Below are positions 45,731 through 54,516 of a stretch of 64,000 nt of DNA, piece by piece. Position 1 is the first letter of the stretch. The number at the start of each line of letters is the position of its first letter. The notes under the pieces are model-generated. The model was not told the origin of the DNA. It did no database searches and was given only the letters and a program-made list of their open reading frames with translations. This DNA comes from Klebsiella phage iPHaGe-KPN-11i. Location of the stretch: sequence record OR637327.1; one strand, 5' to 3'. The translations under genes were made by a program, and so were the position numbers.

Positions 45731-47254
45731 TTAAAACAGATCAGCGAAGATAACGTGAATGTCATCCGGTTCGGTCTTATCGCGTCGAATCTTCTTGATG
45801 ATTGGCAGGAAGAAACTGAACTCAGGTTCGCCCTTCTTACGCGTTTTCGATTTCTGGAGTCCGTCAACTTCCATTTCGACGATAGCGCCGATATAGTCAT
45901 CTTTGTTCGCCATAATGTATTCGCGATCCAGTTCACCACGTTCTTCTAACGGGATGTACACGCGGTTAATACCGTCTTCATCGTATCGGTAATCCGTATC
46001 AGTCAGACCGGAACCTGTGTTTGTTCTGGCTTCTCCTGATAAGTCCTCAACCACGAACCCGCCAACCTTATGAGGTTCTTTGGTGTGTTCGTACACGTCA
46101 ATGATTCGCAGTTCGATCGGTGTTTTGTTCTTCAACTTCACCTGATCCGCAACGCGTGAATCCTTCCATTTGAAATCAACGTTTTTCAGGATTGAACCCT
46201 CTTTACCGTCATTGCGGTAATTGTTGTAATCCTTTTTCGCTTCCGCATAGTTCTGCACCAGGATAGAAGGGATCAGCTTAACCGATGTTACACCAGAGCC
46301 AGCCAGCGCACCTTCCAGGATGCTAAAGCGATCGCAATATGGTTGAACACTCGGAGCATCACCATAGTACACTTCATACGGTACGATATCCCAGACAACA
46401 TAAACGATATTGCGCTGTTCTTCGTCGCTGATAGTGCCTTTCAGGGATTTGTTTACAATCCCGTTGCCCTCTTCGCGTTTCGCTTCCGCTTGTGTCTCGT
46501 TCTCGGTAGCTTCCCGCCTAACATCTGCCACAAGGTCAGAAACAGAATCGTCGTCATCGCCCATAAACCCAGCAAGACTAAATGGAACGCTGTTTGAAGG
46601 AACGACAGCAGTTTTTTCAGCAGGGACATAAATCAGTTCTCCATCAAGTACAACATCATAACCCAGATATTCACGAATCTTTTTCAGATCCTTGTCCAGA
46701 TTCACCAAACCTTCATACTCATTCCCCGCGCGGGATGCTTTGCGGATCTGATTCTCTAACAGATCGGACATACAACGCGCACCATCGGCTTTAAGCTGCG
46801 AGTAAGCAGGGAAGCGAATACGTTTTAAGGCTTTCTCGCTAAACGGCGTAGCGAGGCATTGAGGCTGTTCTGGAATGAGTTTCTTCCATACGCGGTTCGG
46901 TAACGTTGTACCAGCACCACATTCCAGATCGCGGTTAATGATACGGCGAAGCACTTCGCGATCATTCTCATTCACCGATGATACGATATCCAGCAGACGA
47001 TCACGGGCTGCATTGCCCGTATATTTTCGCGTTGCCAAATCAGACATCAAATCCGCGATAGCATTCGATAGCGGGGTTGTGCCTGGCTTGCCGTCCACCT
47101 GCGGGAACTTCTTAATGTGAAACATAATCTGTTTCGTGTACGTAATGCGGAAAATCTCTTTTAGCAGATCATTACCTGCATTACGTTTCAGGATCGCTTC
47201 CTTCTCTGAAATTTTCAGAGTCGAAGCGAGTTCATTTAGAATCTGTAAGATCAT
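45731..47254 (-). CDS. ATP-dependent DNA ligase (T4 gp30-like)
   Basis: N-terminal MILQILNELAS and the FPAYSQLKADGARC adenylation motif (KxDG). RDLECGAG also aligns with T4 ligase. Confidence 0.85.
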   Translation of the reverse strand: MILQILNELASTLKISEKEAILKRNAGNDLLKEIFRITYTKQIMFHIKKFPQVDGKPGTTPLSNAIADLMSDLATRKYTGNAARDRLLDIVSSVNENDREVLRRIINRDLECGAGTTLPNRVWKKLIPEQPQCLATPFSEKALKRIRFPAYSQLKADGARCMSDLLENQIRKASRAGNEYEGLVNLDKDLKKIREYLGYDVVLDGELIYVPAEKTAVVPSNSVPFSLAGFMGDDDDSVSDLVADVRREATENETQAEAKREEGNGIVNKSLKGTISDEEQRNIVYVVWDIVPYEVYYGDAPSVQPYCDRFSILEGALAGSGVTSVKLIPSILVQNYAEAKKDYNNYRNDGKEGSILKNVDFKWKDSRVADQVKLKNKTPIELRIIDVYEHTKEPHKVGGFVVEDLSGEARTNTGSGLTDTDYRYDEDGINRVYIPLEERGELDREYIMANKDDYIGAIVEMEVDGLQKSKTRKKGEPEFSFFLPIIKKIRRDKTEPDDIHVIFADLF

Positions 47255-47783
47255 TTAAGTACCTTTCATTATGTGTAAAGGAAACGAGTGCTTTGGCCTT
47301 ATATGCTTCACTTGCTTCCTCGGCAGAATCATAAAATCCTAACCACTTAGTCACTCCATGTAAAGTGATTTTGGCGCTATATTTTTGCGATTTCTTGTTG
47401 AATGACACGCCCTTAAACCCAACGGTATTATTTTTATTCCGTGTGCGGTTTTGTTGATTTGTTACCTGATTGGACTCCCTTAGATTAGAAATCATATCAC
47501 CGCATTCAACACCGTGAACATGGTCAACCATCACTGGAAGATAACCATTAACGTAATAAAATATCACCCTTGACCGGATGTACATCGCATTTTCGAATTT
47601 TATTCGCGTATATCCACTTGATTTATGAAAAGAACCTGCTTCACTTCCAGCAGGAATTTTATTACTTCTCTTTTCCAACCAGAAACATTTTCCGGTTTCT
47701 GGTTCTACTCGAATACATTGTAGTAGGTTTTCTATACCTTGCGTTTCTTCATCAAGAGTTCTCAATTGCTTTTTCAATTTCAT
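47232..47783 (-). CDS. HNH homing endonuclease with AP2 domain
   Basis: SRVIFYYV...DHVHG HNH core and an AP2-like FKGVSFNKKSQKYSAKITLHG...GFYDSAEEA. Overlaps the ligase start by 23 nt. Confidence 0.7.
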   Translation of the reverse strand: MKLKKQLRTLDEETQGIENLLQCIRVEPETGKCFWLEKRSNKIPAGSEAGSFHKSSGYTRIKFENAMYIRSRVIFYYVNGYLPVMVDHVHGVECGDMISNLRESNQVTNQQNRTRNKNNTVGFKGVSFNKKSQKYSAKITLHGVTKWLGFYDSAEEASEAYKAKALVSFTHNERYLNDLTDSK

Positions 47784-48357
47784 GCCAGTTATTCACTTTA
47801 GTATGAGGTACACTCGGTTCACTACGTTCGCCACGCAACATATGGAATAACGGCAACTGACTGATGACGTTATGACACTCATTCAAGTTTACTGCAAGGT
47901 CATCAATGAAACATACTAAACGATCGCCATATTTTGCTTTGGCTTCCAGGTAACGATGTACTTTCGTTTCGCCGTGACCGACAACACAAACCTCTTTGAA
48001 TGCAGAAGGGAACAGGGTGTTCAGGTTTGCAATACGGTTAAGGCTTGCCGTAGGAGTGGTTCCCAGCGCCGTGACAGCCACGAAATCATATTTGGCTTTC
48101 AGACGGTTGATCACAATTAACGCATCGTCATACGCGCTTAGATAGCGAATAAACGAACTGTTATTGTATTCTTCCATGAGGATTTTAGCCAGTTGGTGAT
48201 CACACCCGAAGATTTCGGTCATATCACGGAACTTTTCATCCGTAACCATATCCAGCGCGATATCGGTCGGCATGTTGTGTTTAGACAAAAAGAACGGCAA
48301 TCCCGACTGCCATTTTACGGCGATCCCGTCAATGTCGGTAAGAATAACTGGTTTCAA
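47752..48357 (-). CDS. HAD-like hydrolase (possible 5'-nucleotidase)
   Basis: N-terminal ILTDIDG (HAD motif I DxDG) and C-terminal FIDDL (motif IV-like). Confidence 0.45.
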   Translation of the reverse strand: MKPVILTDIDGIAVKWQSGLPFFLSKHNMPTDIALDMVTDEKFRDMTEIFGCDHQLAKILMEEYNNSSFIRYLSAYDDALIVINRLKAKYDFVAVTALGTTPTASLNRIANLNTLFPSAFKEVCVVGHGETKVHRYLEAKAKYGDRLVCFIDDLAVNLNECHNVISQLPLFHMLRGERSEPSVPHTKVNNWHEIEKAIENS

Positions 48358-48581
48358 GATATAACCTCATAACGGTCGAAGAAAAGGGAACTTTTAAACG
48401 CTTGTATATCAGCGAGGAATTGATCACGCTCGAATGTACGATAGTAATCAAATTCGATGCACAGCATATCATCGTTTGTTACACCAATGCCAACGACATC
48501 TTGATGATATTTCTTTGCCTGTTGCAGAACGAAAGGATCGAGATCCGAACAATCGAAATAAATTACGTAACTCATTATCAA
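48354..48581 (-). CDS. hypothetical protein (75 aa)
   Basis: ORF, coupled. Confidence 0.45.
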   Translation of the reverse strand: MIMSYVIYFDCSDLDPFVLQQAKKYHQDVVGIGVTNDDMLCIEFDYYRTFERDQFLADIQAFKSSLFFDRYEVIS

Positions 48582-48847
48582 CCCTTGTACATATAAACAG
48601 CGTCGAAACCTGGAACATCCATTTCGACTTTATCGAAAACGATATCTCTCAGCTTACATTTTTCAACGTAGCTGTTGATCACGTTAATGTTGTTTGCGCC
48701 GATGGTAACGTAATACACACCCGCTTTGTAGATAACACCCATAATCAGGGTAGAACTCAAAGCACCCTGTGCGTGGAGTAATGCCAGCGGGTTAATCGCG
48801 CCTTTGAACAGGAACGCGCATTCTACTCTTTCATCATAATCTTTCAT
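48578..48847 (-). CDS. hypothetical protein (89 aa)
   Basis: ORF, coupled. Confidence 0.45.
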   Translation of the reverse strand: MKDYDERVECAFLFKGAINPLALLHAQGALSSTLIMGVIYKAGVYYVTIGANNINVINSYVEKCKLRDIVFDKVEMDVPGFDAVYMYKG

Positions 48848-49284
48848 AACAGATCTCTCAATCGGGTTAAATTTCGGACAAACTCACGTTCAGTGAGTAC
48901 CGTTTCATTCATCTTATTCTTTCCCATTGAATGAGTCAAGGTACTTTTTCCGGTTGCAGCCAGCGCACGGCGGAACCCGTCATTCAGGAAAAGAGCATTA
49001 TACGCGTTTTCAATCAGGATTTGATACGCTTCTGATTCACGGTGAATCGGCATACCCTTCCAGTATAGGGTCTGATCGCGATACCATTTCTTTTTCTTGC
49101 CTTTGAACTTGGCGGCTTTACCAACCAGCGTACACACATGCGCTTGCATATCTGGATTACTGAATTTCAGACTTTGTAAAAAGCCCTCCATTGATGCACA
49201 TTCTACCCCGTCAAACGTAAAAGGATGCGGGGCGAAGTTGCTCAATGCGCATGATGGATACTGACTACCCGATCCTATGTCCAT
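48844..49284 (-). CDS. NADAR (YbiA/DUF1768) domain protein
   Basis: LSNFAPHPFTFDGVECASMEGFLQSLKF matches the NADAR signature LSNF.P.PF..DG..Y.S.EH.FQ..KF. Confidence 0.6.
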   Translation of the reverse strand: MDIGSGSQYPSCALSNFAPHPFTFDGVECASMEGFLQSLKFSNPDMQAHVCTLVGKAAKFKGKKKKWYRDQTLYWKGMPIHRESEAYQILIENAYNALFLNDGFRRALAATGKSTLTHSMGKNKMNETVLTEREFVRNLTRLRDLL

Positions 49285-49475
49285 TATCCAATCACCCTTA
49301 AAATATACGCTGTTAAAGGAATACCCCCAAACACAAGAAGCATTCCCAGAACAGCACCAATTATCATTGCAATGGGTTGATCACAGTTCATTTTCTGCTT
49401 CCTTCTTCCCTTCCTGGCGAGCGCGTTTGCGTCCAGCACGTACCAGAGAATCATAGTACGGACGTTTGCGATCAA
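49284..49475 (-). CDS. small membrane protein (start ambiguous)
   Basis: C-terminal TM segment IAMIIGAVLGMLLVFGGIPL. An alternative basic-protein frame overlaps the N-terminal half. Confidence 0.3.
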   Translation of the reverse strand: MIANVRTMILWYVLDANALARKGRRKQKMNCDQPIAMIIGAVLGMLLVFGGIPLTAYILRVIG

Positions 49476-49529
49476 TGTTGTCAGTGCGGTATGCTTTACC
49501 GTAATGACTCGTTTTGAATCCGTAATACT

Positions 49530-49691
49530 TCACGCTTTAACCTCGTAAGGCTTATGGAGTCCACGCGCCGGATCATAACGGTCATATGTTGTCCCGTTGG
49601 TTGATGCCTTGATAGAAACATCCTGGCGACGGTTCCAGTTCAGCAGAGCCAGAACGATACGATCTGTCGCTTCAATAAAATATTGTTTCAT
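49530..49691 (-). CDS. small protein (53 aa)
   Basis: MKQYFIEATDRIVLALLNWNRRQD... Its start codon overlaps the stop of the upstream gene (TAATG). Below the ORF-track length cutoff. Confidence 0.3.
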   Translation of the reverse strand: MKQYFIEATDRIVLALLNWNRRQDVSIKASTNGTTYDRYDPARGLHKPYEVKA

Positions 49692-49921
49692 TAGAAACCT
49701 ACCTTCCATACTTTTTCGAATTTGTCGAAGATTGCACCGATGCTTTTCAGATACGCGGTTGCGTCGTCTTCGGAATTTGTGTACATCGCGAAGGAGTATC
49801 CCCCAAATTCACGACACACTGATAGCGGTTTGATGCTGGTAATGTTTTGGTTATATACCCGCATCTTATCAATCATTGCTTCGGTAATTTGATACTCATG
49901 ATATTCGAGAATATATTTCAT
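49691..49921 (-). CDS. hypothetical protein (76 aa)
   Basis: ORF. Confidence 0.45.
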   Translation of the reverse strand: MKYILEYHEYQITEAMIDKMRVYNQNITSIKPLSVCREFGGYSFAMYTNSEDDATAYLKSIGAIFDKFEKVWKVGF

Positions 49922-50169
49922 TTGATTGTATACCCGTATTTGTTGGTTTCTGCATTCAATGCAATAGCCAGCTTATTCAGATCCCCAATATCACCCTCAA
50001 GGTCTAAATCAATACTGTCAATCTTCGCATCATTATAAAGATCAGTACCCGCGTATGCATCAATTTCTACGATTTTCACGTTGTGTTCTCGAATGAGATT
50101 CATTGATGCTTCTGGGATACGACGCATTTCGAACTGAAACGTTCTTACTTCGATACCGTCACGCATCAC
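49918..50169 (-). CDS. hypothetical protein (83 aa)
   Basis: ORF, coupled. Confidence 0.45.
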   Translation of the reverse strand: MMRDGIEVRTFQFEMRRIPEASMNLIREHNVKIVEIDAYAGTDLYNDAKIDSIDLDLEGDIGDLNKLAIALNAETNKYGYTIK

Positions 50170-50393
50170 GCTCTCTCCAGACGGGTTGTTACTTCACGGT
50201 TATAGATCCGCGCATACTGGCGAATGTCTTCGTTATCGCTGGTGTTCTTCGCGATATATGCATCATCTTCGGTTTCGAATGATGCTGGGTTGCGATCGTC
50301 GTTTGACAGATACAGTTTACCGAAGATATCTTTCTTTACAGTCTGTACCCCGACAAACATCACAAAATCTTTTTCTGTGTTAATTGAACTCAT
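50166..50393 (-). CDS. hypothetical protein (75 aa)
   Basis: ORF, coupled. Confidence 0.45.
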   Translation of the reverse strand: MSSINTEKDFVMFVGVQTVKKDIFGKLYLSNDDRNPASFETEDDAYIAKNTSDNEDIRQYARIYNREVTTRLERA

Positions 50394-50394
50394 G

Positions 50395-50685
50395 TTAAGC
50401 CCTCAAACCAAAGCTACGTTTTTTGATGACGGTGACATTATGAACACCTCTGTTATTGCAAGTGCTGGTTTTCAGAGTTTCGGCTTTACGCGCACCCAGA
50501 ACCAGAGTTTTAACAGGAGTCACAGGAGCAGCGATAACCACAACAGCAGCCCAACGTGCGCCAACAGCTTTATCAGTACCCAGGTCGATTACAGCAGAGG
50601 TATTTTTACCAGCAGCCAGAACATACGCACGGGCTTCACGACGAGTGTTGAAGCAAACCAGTTCTTTCATGTTGTAAGTTTTCAT
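50395..50685 (-). CDS. hypothetical protein (96 aa)
   Basis: ORF preceded by a candidate promoter. Confidence 0.45.
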   Translation of the reverse strand: MKTYNMKELVCFNTRREARAYVLAAGKNTSAVIDLGTDKAVGARWAAVVVIAAPVTPVKTLVLGARKAETLKTSTCNNRGVHNVTVIKKRSFGLRA

Positions 50686-50727
50686 AATGTCATCCTCAAA
50701 GTTAAGTTGTATTGCCTACGTGGTTAA

Positions 50728-50756
50728 AGATACAAGAAAGCCGGATTCAGTGCAAG
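50728..50756 (-). promoter_or_regulatory. sigma70-like promoter (minus strand)
   Basis: TTGCAC, 17-nt spacer, TATCTT on the minus strand, about 40 nt upstream of the ATG at 50685. Confidence 0.3.
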
Positions 50757-50770
50757 CATTATTTTGCATA

Positions 50771-50806
50771 AAAACGAAAAAAGCCGCCACCTTTCGGCAA
50801 CGGCTT
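50771..50806 (-). terminator. rho-independent terminator (minus strand)
   Basis: gccgttgccgaaaggtggcggc imperfect hairpin followed by TTTTTTCGTTTTT on the minus strand. Confidence 0.4.
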
Positions 50807-50811
50807 CATTT

Positions 50812-51093
50812 TTAATACTTTTCTTCTGGCTGGAACACCGCACGACACGCCCACATAGAGGCTTCTTTCAGTCGGTCTTTCGCCTTTTGGATTTGATGGA
50901 TACGTTCAAGCATCGCATCGAGTTCTTCGGTAGTGAATGAATCGGTATCTGATACCGCGTAATCACTTGAATACTCTTCATCAAGTTCTTTGAAGATTTC
51001 GCCCAGGGCAACTTCTGCGGCCTTGATGCGGTTTACTTTGTCGATCTTTTCTTTCGAGTGGGGCTTATAGCCCTGTACGTCTTCAATCGCCAT
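50812..51093 (-). CDS. hypothetical protein (93 aa)
   Basis: ORF, ATGA-coupled with the GrcA homolog. Confidence 0.45.
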   Translation of the reverse strand: MAIEDVQGYKPHSKEKIDKVNRIKAAEVALGEIFKELDEEYSSDYAVSDTDSFTTEELDAMLERIHQIQKAKDRLKEASMWACRAVFQPEEKY

Positions 51094-51455
51094 TATATAC
51101 TCTCTGTAAAGGTTCGGGCGATAACGTCGCGCTGTTGTTCAGGAGTCAGTGAATTGAAACGCACTGCATAGCCGGACACACGGATCGTTAACTGCGGGTA
51201 TTTTTCTGGATGCTTCACAGCATCTTCCAGAGTTTCACGGCGCAACACGTTTACGTTTAAGTGTTGTCCACCTTCCACTTTAACAGTGGGTTGAAATTCA
51301 ATATCAACTTCACGTTTTGCGAATGGAGCAACGCGAGCTTTACCGATCACTGAATCCATTTCGATGGTTTTGGATACCACCACACGAACATCATTACCTT
51401 CTTCCAGGTAGATTGTACCAGTGTGTAAACCTTCTAAAATCTGATATGCTTTCAT
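51093..51455 (-). CDS. grcA: autonomous glycyl-radical cofactor (GrcA/YfiD-like)
   Basis: [60 protein letters not shown] is essentially identical to E. coli GrcA over the glycyl-radical region (RVSGY). Confidence 0.85.
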   Translation of the reverse strand: MKAYQILEGLHTGTIYLEEGNDVRVVVSKTIEMDSVIGKARVAPFAKREVDIEFQPTVKVEGGQHLNVNVLRRETLEDAVKHPEKYPQLTIRVSGYAVRFNSLTPEQQRDVIARTFTESI

Positions 51456-51459
51456 TGTA

Positions 51460-52029
51460 TTACCTTTCTACGACATAATAACGTAACGGGTTGATATGGA
51501 ACGCCAGCATTGCACGATCCAGCCCGTTAGGGTCAGTTACTTCCTGTTTCAGTTTCCACCCGCAATACACGCGTAAGCAGAACTGAACCTTTCCGACTTT
51601 AAGCCACGGTTTGAAGACATAAAGCCCCCATGCCGAATCATTCCACATCAACAGATAACCGTGACGCGAAGGATCGGAACCACCTTCTGTTTTCGGGTTG
51701 CCCTTCCAGGCGAAGTCTGACTGTGCTTCACGCCCTAAGACGTGATAAGCGAAGTTGTACGCTTTGTTACGCCACAACCAGCCTACACGTTGCGCATACA
51801 CACCCAGATCGCCTAAGTGATACCGGATGTTAGCCCAACGCCGGATATGTCCACCATCACCATCGATCGGGTTATCGAATGTTTCCATCCAACGGAACCC
51901 TTTAGGTAAGTGTCCGGTTTCGTCACTGTAGAACGGAACCACGAAAGGAGCCAGCAGAATAGCCAGAACACCCGAAAGAATATCCAGGGGAACCAGTACA
52001 AGCCAGCTTGCGTATTTCAAAAAGCGCAT
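51460..52029 (-). CDS. membrane-anchored protein (189 aa)
   Basis: N-terminal [25 protein letters not shown]. Trp-rich soluble domain. Confidence 0.45.
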   Translation of the reverse strand: MRFLKYASWLVLVPLDILSGVLAILLAPFVVPFYSDETGHLPKGFRWMETFDNPIDGDGGHIRRWANIRYHLGDLGVYAQRVGWLWRNKAYNFAYHVLGREAQSDFAWKGNPKTEGGSDPSRHGYLLMWNDSAWGLYVFKPWLKVGKVQFCLRVYCGWKLKQEVTDPNGLDRAMLAFHINPLRYYVVER

Positions 52030-52071
52030 ATGCTTCTCCAGAAAAAAGGCTATCCGAAGATAGCCTGTTGA

Positions 52072-52491
52072 TTAACGAACTGCTTTGATATACTTATACG
52101 CTTCTGCGAACTCTTCTTCCAGAGCTTCGTTACAGAACGGGATACCTTCTGCTTTAAATCCACCAGTGATAAGGTACTGGATAAAGAATACAGAAGAATC
52201 TATAGAGATCAACTGATGGTTCGTAGGTTCGATATCAGTTCGACGAACGATATTGACGATCGACCAGTCAAAGAATCGTCGATGATATTCGTGTTTGCTA
52301 TTCACCTGCGGTGATGCAAAGAAACCATCAACAGAATACGCATCGAACGCTTTACGATATTCTTTATCGAAATCAGTGATTTCTTCGGTAAACAGTTTCA
52401 TCAATTTACCGTTGATTTCTTTTTCAGTTGATGCAGCGACGATTTCGCGAATTTTTGGGGTTAACTCAAACAGCTTTTGAAGACCTTTCAT
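52072..52491 (-). CDS. hypothetical protein (139 aa)
   Basis: ORF. Confidence 0.45.
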   Translation of the reverse strand: MKGLQKLFELTPKIREIVAASTEKEINGKLMKLFTEEITDFDKEYRKAFDAYSVDGFFASPQVNSKHEYHRRFFDWSIVNIVRRTDIEPTNHQLISIDSSVFFIQYLITGGFKAEGIPFCNEALEEEFAEAYKYIKAVR

Positions 52492-52640
52492 ATTTTTCTC
52501 TTTTAAATTTGTGGGCTGGAAGTTTCTTTACTTCACCCCGCATTCCGGGGAACCTATTACCGGATACCAACAGAGCCTATCGCATACGATAAGGTTGCAT
52601 ATTCCGAACCATTTAACGGCATTGCGCTACGCACCCGAAT

Positions 52641-52716
52641 TGGAGCAGGTGAAGGGACTCGAACCCTCAACAATCTGGATGGAAACCAGATATTCTACCA
52701 ATTGAACTACACCTGC
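52641..52716 (-). tRNA. tRNA-Gly (anticodon UCC)
   Basis: Reverse complement GCAGGTG...CACCTGC-T-CCA folds as a cloverleaf. T-loop GGGTTCGAGTCCC. Anticodon loop TTTCCAT. CCA is encoded. Confidence 0.8.
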
Positions 52717-52721
52717 GTATT

Positions 52722-52798
52722 TGGTGGCCCCTGCTGGATTCGAACCAGCAACCGCGCGATTATGAGTCACCCGCTCTAACCAATTAAGCTAAAGGGCC
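52722..52798 (-). tRNA. tRNA-Met or tRNA-Ile2 (anticodon CAU)
   Basis: Reverse complement GGCCCTT...AGGGGCC-A-CCA. T-arm GCTGGTTCGAATCCAGC. Anticodon loop CTCATAA. G1-C73 is paired, so not an initiator. Confidence 0.8.
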
Positions 52799-52805
52799 GG
52801 AATTT

Positions 52806-53057
52806 TTAGAACTGTTTGCGATAGATTTCGCGAACCAGCGGATCAACATCTTTCGCGTACTTACATACGTCTTCGAACTGGACGATGTACGCCATGACTT
52901 CATCGGCACGGGATTTCAGTTTACCCTGATGCGCGTCAATGATCATTGCTGCCATTACGTCAATACGCGCTGGGGCTTCCAGAATTTCGCCTTTGTCGAA
53001 CAGCTTTTTGGATTTGCTGACGGTATCAGCGATAATTGCTTGAATTGATTTAGCCAT
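52806..53057 (-). CDS. hypothetical protein (83 aa)
   Basis: ORF. Confidence 0.45.
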   Translation of the reverse strand: MAKSIQAIIADTVSKSKKLFDKGEILEAPARIDVMAAMIIDAHQGKLKSRADEVMAYIVQFEDVCKYAKDVDPLVREIYRKQF

Positions 53058-53059
53058 TT

Positions 53060-53416
53060 TTAGATCTCGTAGATTGCCTGGATTGCTTTGTAATGTGCGG
53101 AAACGTATTTTGTTTCCTTCTCTTTTGCTTCTTTTTCGGAAATGTAACCCGCAACCAGATCAGGGTCAGGAACATTCGCCATGTGAGCGCTTGGCAGTGG
53201 AATATATTTACCCAGGATTCGTTCTGCCGCTTCTGCTGGAACGTCTACGCCTACAGAAACAACTTTACCATAAAAAGGTTGTTCCCCGTGCTGGCGTACA
53301 CCAACCACGATACCAGATTCAGATTTGATTTCGGAACCCTGCGGACGCGCAGTAGCTTCGATGATCACATATTCGCCGGATGCTTTTACTTTCAGTTCAG
53401 ACATTTCTTTACTCAT
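53060..53416 (-). CDS. co-chaperonin, T4 gp31-like (GroES functional analogue)
   Basis: SGEYVII (T4 VGEYVIL) and C-terminal AHYKAIQAIYEI (T4 CHYKAIPCLYK). Similar length. Confidence 0.7.
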   Translation of the reverse strand: MSKEMSELKVKASGEYVIIEATARPQGSEIKSESGIVVGVRQHGEQPFYGKVVSVGVDVPAEAAERILGKYIPLPSAHMANVPDPDLVAGYISEKEAKEKETKYVSAHYKAIQAIYEI

Positions 53417-53939
53417 TGTTGTTAAACACTACTTTGGAAAAGTCGATAAACGATTCTAACTCTTCCCGTTTAATTTGTTCCACGACACAGCCATATTTCT
53501 GCAAGCGTGAAATCCATTCATCATTACCACGATCGTATTTATCGAGATAATACACCGATGTAATCGCCCCGTTAGCAACATACCATTCGATATGTTTCGC
53601 GCAGTTAGGGCAAGGCGATGCAGTTGTGTAAAGTGCTGCGTCTTTGAGTATAACACCTCTTGTGTGCGCACTCAATAGCGCTTTCATTTCTGCATGAATT
53701 TCGTTATCGTTTGACCATGCTGAATGTTCAGGACGATCAACCGCTTTCAGTTTACCGTCATCATTCACCATATGATTGTTGCATGAGTTGCAACGACAAT
53801 CAAGGTCAACCGTATTATTTTCGCCCCACGCGACGGCACGACCACCAATCGCGATAATAGCACCTACACGATTCGAAATACATTGAGAACGTTGACTCCG
53901 ATCGATTGCTCTCAACATATTCATTACTTTGAATTTCAT
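53409..53939 (-). CDS. cd: dCMP deaminase
   Basis: Zinc-binding motifs HAEMKAL and SPCPNCAKHI, as in T4 Cd and the cytidine/dCMP deaminase family. Confidence 0.8.
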   Translation of the reverse strand: MKFKVMNMLRAIDRSQRSQCISNRVGAIIAIGGRAVAWGENNTVDLDCRCNSCNNHMVNDDGKLKAVDRPEHSAWSNDNEIHAEMKALLSAHTRGVILKDAALYTTASPCPNCAKHIEWYVANGAITSVYYLDKYDRGNDEWISRLQKYGCVVEQIKREELESFIDFSKVVFNNNE

Positions 53940-54208
53940 TAACGGTCATCCATATATTTCAGAATGTCTTTGATGAAATCGTTATCAGGGTTGACGATGT
54001 GATACGTAGTACCTGAACGTGTCACCACTTCAACAAACGATTTGTTCGCCGGAATCGCGTATTCGACAACCGGACTTGTTGCAATGTCCTGTTGAGGATC
54101 GTTATCAACCAACCCAAACACACAACCATAACGAAGCATCGTTGGTTCAGTACAGAACCATGCCTGATGGATCTTTCTGATTTTGTCACTCATAATACTG
54201 CCGCCCAT
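53939..54208 (-). CDS. hypothetical protein (89 aa)
   Basis: ORF, ATGA-coupled. Confidence 0.45.
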   Translation of the reverse strand: MGGSIMSDKIRKIHQAWFCTEPTMLRYGCVFGLVDNDPQQDIATSPVVEYAIPANKSFVEVVTRSGTTYHIVNPDNDFIKDILKYMDDR

Positions 54209-54456
54209 GTTACGAATTTAGTTACCGGATTCCACTGAATCCCGAACTGCTGTTCAACGATGTTACGTTGACTCAGAATACCCAGAAGGAAGGAGAACTG
54301 ACCATCGCGGACAATCTTCACTGTATAACCAGCAGGAATTTTATCAGCAATGCGCTGGCCTAACTGGTTGAGTTTCAGTTGTAGTTCAACAGGATTCTCA
54401 ACTTTAACACGATCACCCAGTTCAACCATCACATTTTCATTTTCACGAATAACCAT
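54190..54456 (-). CDS. hypothetical protein (88 aa)
   Basis: ORF. Confidence 0.45.
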   Translation of the reverse strand: MVIRENENVMVELGDRVKVENPVELQLKLNQLGQRIADKIPAGYTVKIVRDGQFSFLLGILSQRNIVEQQFGIQWNPVTKFVTWAAVL

Positions 54457-54516
54457 AATATTCTCCTTTGTTTGTGCGGGTATCTTATCACACCCGCACC
54501 CACTGTCAACTGTTTT

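Noticed and set aside
52500-52640. A third tRNA gene adjacent to tRNA-Gly.
   Set aside because: Acceptor-stem pairing and the T-loop do not satisfy a cloverleaf. Only a generic hairpin is present. It is reported as a low-confidence ncRNA candidate in findings instead.
52722-52798. The CAU-anticodon tRNA as an initiator tRNA-fMet.
   Set aside because: Position 1-72 is a normal G-C pair and the anticodon stem lacks the three consecutive G-C pairs of initiators. Elongator Met or a lysidine-modified Ile2 is more likely.
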